Positions 57,870-64,000 of a DNA stretch of 64,000 nt are shown piece after piece. This DNA is from Phycisphaerales bacterium (GTDB lineage: Bacteria > Planctomycetota > Phycisphaerae > WQYP01): NCBI GenBank assembly GCA_027451365.1, contig DAIDJN010000056.1:98924-162923 (forward strand), given 5' to 3'. Both the position numbers and the translations under genes were made by a program. A model generated the notes under the pieces. The model saw only the letters and a list, made by a program, of their open reading frames with translations. It did no database searches and was not told where the DNA came from. Numbering within the stretch: position 1 is the first letter of the stretch; each line of letters begins with the position of its first letter.

Positions 57870-58961
57870 ATGGAAAAGGCGCGGCATGACAGATTGTGGA
57901 CAAAGCTTTCATTCGACAGGCGTCAGCCGCCAAGGCGGCTTGAACCGGCATGGGTGGCAAATCCAATGAATGACCGAACGGCCTACGCACTCCACGCAAT
58001 TTTGAACGACCATTACGAAATGGGTCGAATTTTACGATTCCGCCAGATTCGCAAGGGTACACAGGCGGAATGTTTCGAACTGCTGACCGCGGAACAGAAT
58101 GAATTCCTGTTGTTTTTGTATCCGTCTGATTTTTCGCGGCGAGCCTTGTGCGACGCGGCACCGGTGATGGACCGTCTGGCTTCCGGCGGTTTTCCGGTTT
58201 CCCGACCCGTGGCCAGTCGGGATGGGGATACCGCAGGACGAAATGTGTATGCCATTGAAGGTCCGCAAGGTTCCCATTTTTTTGTGACCACTCTTGCTCC
58301 AGGACAAATGGTCACCGCCGCGGACTGGTCAAGTCATGACCTTAGCAATCTGGGGTTGCGGCTGGGCTGGTTGCACCGGACCATGCGCGACGCCTTCAAT
58401 GCCGATACCGCCGCGGCGGGTGAAAATTTGTCCCCGGCTCGTCGGCAGGCACCGGTTCTGCGGCTGGCGGCGGCCCTGGAAAACGCCTCACCGCGTGGTC
58501 AACAGCTTCGTCAGATGCTTTCCGCCGCCGCGGTGGATCGTCTTTTGACCGATCTTGAAAAGTTGGAAAAGCTGCCAAATTCCGCTTTCGGCTATGTGCA
58601 CGGCGCGATTTCACCCGAGGCGGTCCTTCTGGATCACGACCGGCATATTGCCAGCGTTGTGGACTGGGGAAATTTTTCCATTGGTCTGCCAGCGCAGGAT
58701 GTGATCGACGCATTTGTGCACTGGTGCGTGCATAAAGATGGTGAAGTACGGGCCGAAGCGGCGCAAGCCCTGTTGCAGGCGTACATTTCTCTGGAAAAAT
58801 TCCGCGGCGATCAATGGCATTCCGTGGTTATCGCGTGGTGTGCCCATCGGCTTTCGTCCGCCCTTTCTGGGCGCACCCATCTGCCCCGCGGTTTTGGGTC
58901 AATTCTCGAAAATCCACATTCTCTTTCCGCCACCCTGACTATTTGCCAGAGCAAGCTATAA
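57870..58961 (+). CDS. phosphotransferase (APH/ChoK-like kinase fold) family protein, possibly catalytically impaired
   Basis: AAAGGA RBS at 57870. Kinase-like fold pattern, but the Brenner loop reads YVHGAISPEAVLLD (HGA instead of HGD) while the DW(G/E) metal-binding motif VVDWGNF is retained. Confidence 0.45.
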   Translation: MEKARHDRLWTKLSFDRRQPPRRLEPAWVANPMNDRTAYALHAILNDHYEMGRILRFRQIRKGTQAECFELLTAEQNEFLLFLYPSDFSRRALCDAAPVMDRLASGGFPVSRPVASRDGDTAGRNVYAIEGPQGSHFFVTTLAPGQMVTAADWSSHDLSNLGLRLGWLHRTMRDAFNADTAAAGENLSPARRQAPVLRLAAALENASPRGQQLRQMLSAAAVDRLLTDLEKLEKLPNSAFGYVHGAISPEAVLLDHDRHIASVVDWGNFSIGLPAQDVIDAFVHWCVHKDGEVRAEAAQALLQAYISLEKFRGDQWHSVVIAWCAHRLSSALSGRTHLPRGFGSILENPHSLSATLTICQSKL

Positions 58962-59113
58962 TCCATGGTCACATTGCGGCGTTGCGCAGGTCCGGTCGAT
59001 TGGCAATGTCAGCCGTTGGCCGCCGTTGTGCCGCTGCCGCTTGAACCGCTGATGCGCCGGAATATCGCCCTGGAGTTCTGGGAGTCAGGAAATTCTTAGA
59101 AAAGCTGAGACTC

Positions 59114-59734
59114 ATGGCAGAAAATATGTCCAGCACGCCCGTCGGCAGCAATCCAGAAACATGGGTTGATCGTTATGGCGATATTCTATATCGCTTTGCC
59201 TGCCAACGGCTAAATGATACGGCCACTGCCGAAGAACTGGTGCAGGAAACCTTCCTTGCGGCATTCCGAACCCGCGCCGGCTTCCGCGGCCAGTCGGCCG
59301 AATCGACCTGGCTTATGGGCATCCTGAAGCACAAAATTGTGGACCATCTGCGGAAATCGGGGCGCGAAAAATGCTTTTCTGATACGCCGGACGGAATCGT
59401 TGATTCCCTATTCAAATCCATTGGCCATCGGAAACGGCGGCCGCCAGCCTGGAACGGTGACCCCGCCCAGCTTATGGAAAACGAACAGTTTTTACAGGCC
59501 CTGCAAAATTGCATGGACGGTCTGCCCGCGGTCCAGCGCCAATCATTTGTGCTGCGGACTGTGGACGAACAAGCCGCCGACGATGTCTGTAAGGAGCTGG
59601 GCGTTACGCCGACCAACCTATGGGTACTGCTGCACCGCGCCCGTTTGCGGTTGCGCGAATGCCTGGAAGGCAAAGGATTTGATCGGCCAAAGGTTCGCCG
59701 GAATGTTTCGGAACCGGCCGGAGGCCAATCGTGA
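59114..59734 (+). CDS. ECF-subfamily RNA polymerase sigma-70 factor
   Basis: Region 2 ELVQETFLAAFR; region 4 HTH near the C-terminus. Confidence 0.9.
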   Translation: MAENMSSTPVGSNPETWVDRYGDILYRFACQRLNDTATAEELVQETFLAAFRTRAGFRGQSAESTWLMGILKHKIVDHLRKSGREKCFSDTPDGIVDSLFKSIGHRKRRPPAWNGDPAQLMENEQFLQALQNCMDGLPAVQRQSFVLRTVDEQAADDVCKELGVTPTNLWVLLHRARLRLRECLEGKGFDRPKVRRNVSEPAGGQS

Positions 59735-60006
59735 CTCATATTCTGTCATGCAAACATTCGCTGGAGCTATCCGCCAAACAGACCGTCGCGGAACTCACGC
59801 GGGGCGAAAGGATATGGTTGCGCGTGCATCTGCTTGCCTGCGTTGCCTGCCGCCGCATTCGCAAACAAGTGGCCATTATTGAGCGCACACTGGTGCTGGC
59901 CCAGGATCGGGGCTTATGGCCGCCAAAAGCTGGTTCGATCTCACTTTCGGACACTTCCCGGCAGCGGATGAAGCTCGCCTTGGAACAGGCCGGAAAATCT
60001 GGTTGA
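59731..60006 (+). CDS. small zinc-binding (ZAS/zf-HC2-type) anti-sigma factor, no TM segment
   Basis: GTG start overlapping the sigma-factor stop (GTGA); HLLACVACRR = H-x3-C-x2-C ZAS motif. Confidence 0.65.
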   Translation: MTHILSCKHSLELSAKQTVAELTRGERIWLRVHLLACVACRRIRKQVAIIERTLVLAQDRGLWPPKAGSISLSDTSRQRMKLALEQAGKSG

Positions 60007-60235
60007 CGCATACTGGTGATCTGTCATGCCCCACGGGCTTTACAGGTTTTCCAGATTTGTCCGATTGGACCGACGGGAAGCCCGTCGATTCCCGATAGCC
60101 ACGCGGTCTCGGAAAATAATTTCGTAAATCTGAAATTTGATCACTTCGCATCCCGGCGGCGTTGCGGTAAACTACAGGGCTTGCAAATTCGCGGATGGTT
60201 CGCGTTTGCATGGCTCTATCGTTCAGGAGTTGGTC

Positions 60236-61492
60236 ATGATTTCCCGGCGCAAGACCCGGCAGGTAAAAGTTGGCAATGTTCTTATCGGTGGCGACGCCCC
60301 GGTTGCTGTTCAATCGATGACCAGCGGCTACACGCACGATATTGATGGCTGCGTGCGCGAGATCAACAAGCTTGCCGCTGCCGGCGCTGACATTGTCCGC
60401 GTCGCCGTTCCGGAGCGCAAGGACACCGAAGCGCTGAAGGAAATTTTAAAACAGGTGAAAGTTCCTGTGGTGGCCGACGTTCATTTTCATTTCCAGCGGG
60501 CCATGGAAGCCATAGAAGCCGGCGTGAGTAAAATTCGACTGAATCCCGGCAATATCAACGACCGTAAACAGGTGGAAGCGGTGATCGACGCCTGCAAAGA
60601 GCGCCAATTGCCCATTCGCATCGGTGTGAATGAAGGTTCCATTGTGGAACGCAAAGACAAACAGCGGCGGCTGAAAGAGCTTGGCGCGGTCTTCAGCGAC
60701 AATCGGCATGGCCAAATGCTGGCGATTATGATTTCTAAACTCGAAGAATACCTTGATATTTTCTACGAGCGCAATTTTTACGATATTGTCATTTCGGCCA
60801 AATCGATTGATCCACTGCTGGTCATGGACGCCTATACGGAAATTTCCCGCCGGTTTGATCATCCCCTGCATCTGGGCGTCACCCATGCGGGGCCCAAGGA
60901 AACCGGAACCATCCGCAGCGTCGTGCCTCTGGGCACTCTGCTGGCCAACGGCATAGGCGATACCATCCGCATCAGCTATGCCAACGACCCGATTTACGAA
61001 GTCCAGGATGGCCTGGAACTGCTTTATGTATTGGGTTTGCGCACCCGCAAAGGCGCGGAACTTATCGCCTGCCCGACCTGTGGCCGCATTCAGGTGGATC
61101 TGTTCACGCTGGTGCAGGATGTGAATCGCAAGCTTAAGGAACAAATCACACTGCCGATCAAGGTTGCCGTGATGGGTTGCGTGGTGAACGGGCCGGGCGA
61201 ATGCGAAGGCGCGGATGTGGCCATTTTTGCCGGCGACAAGCGCGGCATCATTTATGTGCAGGGCGAAAAGGTGGCCAATGTCCCGGAAGAAAAAATTCTC
61301 GACGCTCTGCTTGAACAATGCTCCAAGTTTCAGGACAAAGTTCTGCGCGGTGAGGCCCGCCTTGGCGAAAAAGTGGTCGATATTCTTCCGCCGGACCCCA
61401 TTGGCGAAATAGGATCCGGCTACGCAAAAATCGCCGCAGAAAAGTCGCCCCAGAAAAATGCCGGTGTGGCGCTTCCGCTGGCGCCGCGCTGA
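60236..61492 (+). CDS. ispG: 4-hydroxy-3-methylbut-2-en-1-yl diphosphate synthase (flavodoxin)
   Basis: ATG at 60236 with an AGGAG RBS; VGNVLIGGDAPVAVQSMT...GADIVRVAV; C-terminal [4Fe-4S] cysteines CPTCGR...GC. Confidence 0.9.
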   Translation: MISRRKTRQVKVGNVLIGGDAPVAVQSMTSGYTHDIDGCVREINKLAAAGADIVRVAVPERKDTEALKEILKQVKVPVVADVHFHFQRAMEAIEAGVSKIRLNPGNINDRKQVEAVIDACKERQLPIRIGVNEGSIVERKDKQRRLKELGAVFSDNRHGQMLAIMISKLEEYLDIFYERNFYDIVISAKSIDPLLVMDAYTEISRRFDHPLHLGVTHAGPKETGTIRSVVPLGTLLANGIGDTIRISYANDPIYEVQDGLELLYVLGLRTRKGAELIACPTCGRIQVDLFTLVQDVNRKLKEQITLPIKVAVMGCVVNGPGECEGADVAIFAGDKRGIIYVQGEKVANVPEEKILDALLEQCSKFQDKVLRGEARLGEKVVDILPPDPIGEIGSGYAKIAAEKSPQKNAGVALPLAPR

Positions 61493-61588
61493 CGCGGCAC
61501 GTGCTTCCTGGCGAGGCAAGCCTTGTTTATGGCGGCCGAAGTGCTCTGATAAAATCCAGATCCTCAGGTCATGGGATGAAACCAATAC

Positions 61589-63037
61589 ATGTTTGACAGC
61601 CTTTCCGATAAATTTTCGACACTGTTCCGCAATCTTTCCGGTCGAGGCAAGATAACGGAAGCCAATGTCCGCCAGGCCATGGAAGAAGTGCGCACCGCTC
61701 TTCTGGAAGCCGATGTACATGTGGAGGTGGTGGAAAATTTCTGCCGCCGAGTGACTGAACAGGCCGTCGGAACAGAGGTTCTTTCATCTGTTGAGCCTGG
61801 CCAGCAGATGATAAAAATCGTGTTCGATCAGCTCGTGGAACTGATGGGACCGGTTGATTCGAGCATCTTTTACGTTGACCCGCCACCCACCATCATCATG
61901 ATGTGCGGACTTCAGGGGTCCGGCAAAACCACAACCTGCGGCAAACTGGCGATGTACCTGAAAAGCAAAGGAAAAAATCCGCTTCTGGTGGCGGCGGATA
62001 CCCAGCGTCCGGCCGCGATCGATCAGCTTGCCACACTCGCCGGTCAGGTCGGTGTGCCGATTTACCGCGAGGAACCCGGTAATTCGCCGGTGCAGATTTG
62101 CCGCCGATCCATCGACTTTGCCCGCGGCAATGGCCGGGATGTGGTCATTCTGGATACCGCTGGCCGATTGCATATTGATGACGCGCTGATGGGCGAGCTT
62201 CGCCAGATCAATCTTTCGGTCAAGCCGCACCAGATTTTTCTGGTGGTGGATGCAATGGTCGGCCAGGATGCGGTCATTTCCGCGCGGGCTTTTAACAGCC
62301 AGCTTGAACTTGACGGCGTGATCCTGACCAAGTTCGATTCCGACACTCGCGGCGGCGCGGCCCTGAGCGTGAAGACTATCACCGGCAAGCCGATTAAATT
62401 TCTGGGTGTGGGCGAAAAGCTGACCATGTTGGAGGAATTCCATCCAGACCGCATCGCACAGCGCATGCTGGGAATGGGCGATGTGCTGACGCTGGTGGAA
62501 AAAGCCCAGCAGCAGTTTGACGCCCAGGAAGCCGCCAAAATGCAGGACAAAATCTCCAAGGCGACATTCACCTTGGATGATTTTCTGGGGCAGATGCGGT
62601 CTTTCCGGAAAATGGGACCAATGAAGCAATTGCTCGGTCTGCTGCCCGGTGTCGGATCGGCGCTTAAGGATGTGGATCTGCCTGAAGAGGAACTTGACCG
62701 CACCGAAGCCATTATTCAAAGCATGACCCGCCGCGAGCGGGAATTGCCTGATAATATTGATGGTTCACGCCGCCGGCGCATTGCCGCCGGTTCTGGAACC
62801 GACCCGCAGGATGTATCCCGGCTGATCAAGGGGTTCATGACCGCGCGGTCTGTGGCGCGAAAATTAAGCACCATGTCCACTGGTCAGCGAATGGCCATGA
62901 TGCGCGGCATGGGTGATGGGGGCATTCCCGGCATGACCGGCATGGGATCCATGGGCGACGCGAGTCCGGGCAAAGTGCACCGCCTGTCTCCTGAACAAAA
63001 GCGAAAACTTCGCGACAAACGCCGCCGTGGGAAATAG
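61589..63037 (+). CDS. ffh: signal recognition particle protein
   Basis: N domain MFDSLSDKFSTLFRNL; G domain GLQGSGKTTTCGKLA and DTAGR; Met-rich M domain. Confidence 0.95.
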   Translation: MFDSLSDKFSTLFRNLSGRGKITEANVRQAMEEVRTALLEADVHVEVVENFCRRVTEQAVGTEVLSSVEPGQQMIKIVFDQLVELMGPVDSSIFYVDPPPTIIMMCGLQGSGKTTTCGKLAMYLKSKGKNPLLVAADTQRPAAIDQLATLAGQVGVPIYREEPGNSPVQICRRSIDFARGNGRDVVILDTAGRLHIDDALMGELRQINLSVKPHQIFLVVDAMVGQDAVISARAFNSQLELDGVILTKFDSDTRGGAALSVKTITGKPIKFLGVGEKLTMLEEFHPDRIAQRMLGMGDVLTLVEKAQQQFDAQEAAKMQDKISKATFTLDDFLGQMRSFRKMGPMKQLLGLLPGVGSALKDVDLPEEELDRTEAIIQSMTRRERELPDNIDGSRRRRIAAGSGTDPQDVSRLIKGFMTARSVARKLSTMSTGQRMAMMRGMGDGGIPGMTGMGSMGDASPGKVHRLSPEQKRKLRDKRRRGK

Positions 63038-63044
63038 ACACGAG

Positions 63045-63878
63045 TTATGTCGCGCCGCCTTCGCGCGTAAAGCGTTGTTCCAACGGTTTGCGGACTTCAG
63101 CGTCTGGTGCCCCCGAACTGGAATATTCCAGAGCTTTGGAATTTTTATAAACGCGCGACTCAATGCGTTCCAACCATTGTCTTGCTCTGATATGCCGGGG
63201 CTGAAAATGCAGACACGTTTCCAGTGCCTGCACGGCACGCTCAAATTTATTCAAACGAATCAAGGCCAGCCCCAGATCGAAGTGGGCCGCAGGGAAGCAG
63301 TGCATCAAACCCACCGCACGCAATGCGGATTCGGCCGCCGCGTGCCAGCGCCGCATCGCCAGACAGCAGCGAGCCATACCCTCGTGTGCAATCGGGCTGT
63401 CACCATCAATATCCAGAGCCTTGGAAAAAGCCCGCCTCGCCGAACGCCACATCCGGCGTTTCGCGTAGGCAGCCCCCAGGGCGCAGTGCAGGCCCGGCAG
63501 ACGGGGATTTGATTTTTCAGCAATTCGAAGATGGTCCAGCGCCCTGGCGGGCCGCCCTTCCGCGAACAAAAGGGAACCGAGCAACATGTGGGCCGCCGGG
63601 CTGGAGGCGTGGCCCTCAATCAGAGCCTCGACAATTGGCCGGGCGGCAGCATTTCGCCCCAGACGCTGGAGGCATTGCGCCAGCAGCAGTCGAATCCGCG
63701 GGCGATCTGGAATTTCCGCCGCAAGCTTTTCCAGCAAAGGCATCGCAGCCGCCGGATTTCCGGCCGCCATATGTGTGATGGCCAGATTATACTGAATTTC
63801 CTGCGCGGCAATTTTTACGGCTTTGGCCTGGTCGTCGTCAAGCGGGGCCAGATAACCCAACGCCACCAACTGATCCAC
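63045..63878 (-). CDS. TPR-repeat protein
   Basis: Repeated Ala/Leu-rich 34-residue helical-hairpin units (AAAMPLLEKLAAE..., ALIEGHASSPAAHMLLGSLLF...); convergent with ffh. Confidence 0.55.
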   Translation of the reverse strand: MDQLVALGYLAPLDDDQAKAVKIAAQEIQYNLAITHMAAGNPAAAMPLLEKLAAEIPDRPRIRLLLAQCLQRLGRNAAARPIVEALIEGHASSPAAHMLLGSLLFAEGRPARALDHLRIAEKSNPRLPGLHCALGAAYAKRRMWRSARRAFSKALDIDGDSPIAHEGMARCCLAMRRWHAAAESALRAVGLMHCFPAAHFDLGLALIRLNKFERAVQALETCLHFQPRHIRARQWLERIESRVYKNSKALEYSSSGAPDAEVRKPLEQRFTREGGAT

Positions 63879-64000
63879 AGCCTCCTGCGCCTCCAGCGGA
63901 TCGCGCCTCCGGTCGGCCGGGTGCAGGCCCGCGTCACCAGGAACAGATTCCCATGATTCAATACGATCTATGGTCGGCAGGGAATCAAAGGCCTGGCCCA

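Noticed and set aside
60446-62719. Long minus-strand ORFs 60446..61720 and 61784..62719
   Set aside because: They are antisense to ispG and ffh respectively.
1-64000. CRISPR arrays, tRNA/rRNA genes, transposases or integrases
   Set aside because: No regularly spaced short repeats, no cloverleaf-like or rRNA-like conserved stretches, and no DDE or tyrosine-recombinase-like ORFs were recognised. The direct repeats at 22040 and 33500 are gene fragments, not IS ends.

Overview
This 64 kb window is a GC-rich (about 58-60%) chromosomal segment, tentatively from a PVC-superphylum bacterium (Planctomycetota- or Verrucomicrobiota-like). The basis is two DUF1559 H-X9-DG proteins with prepilin-type N-termini, six PEP-CTERM proteins, and Tat-exported glycoside hydrolases.

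Housekeeping genes are interspersed throughout: a DEAD-box helicase, ppdK, lpdA, birA, uppP, tyrA, a purS-purS-purL fusion, ispG, ffh, and a floA flotillin gene next to a BatA/vWA membrane protein.

Accessory content falls into four groups:
- a LacI-associated beta-glucan cluster (a clan GH-A hydrolase, a stand-alone copy of its C-terminal domain, and a GH16-FN3-malectin protein);
- a translationally coupled copper module (Met-rich lipoprotein, TolC-like OMF, multicopper oxidase, cupredoxin);
- scattered hydrolases: GH43-like, a Tat-exported GH78 rhamnosidase, and GH5 with an outer-membrane beta-barrel;
- a run of four PEP-CTERM genes led by a trypsin-like protease.

The most striking structural signal is a pair of about 400 bp direct repeats. 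These are two copies of the 3' end of a CXXC-less TlpA-like gene, and they bracket roughly 11 kb that includes the copper module. Several other within-window duplications and a thrice-repeated GC hairpin motif around the TMEM175 gene are also noted.

No rRNA, tRNA, CRISPR array, transposase or integrase was recognised. Start codons were refined from the ORF track, which includes TTG/GTG starts, using in-frame ATG codons and Shine-Dalgarno context.
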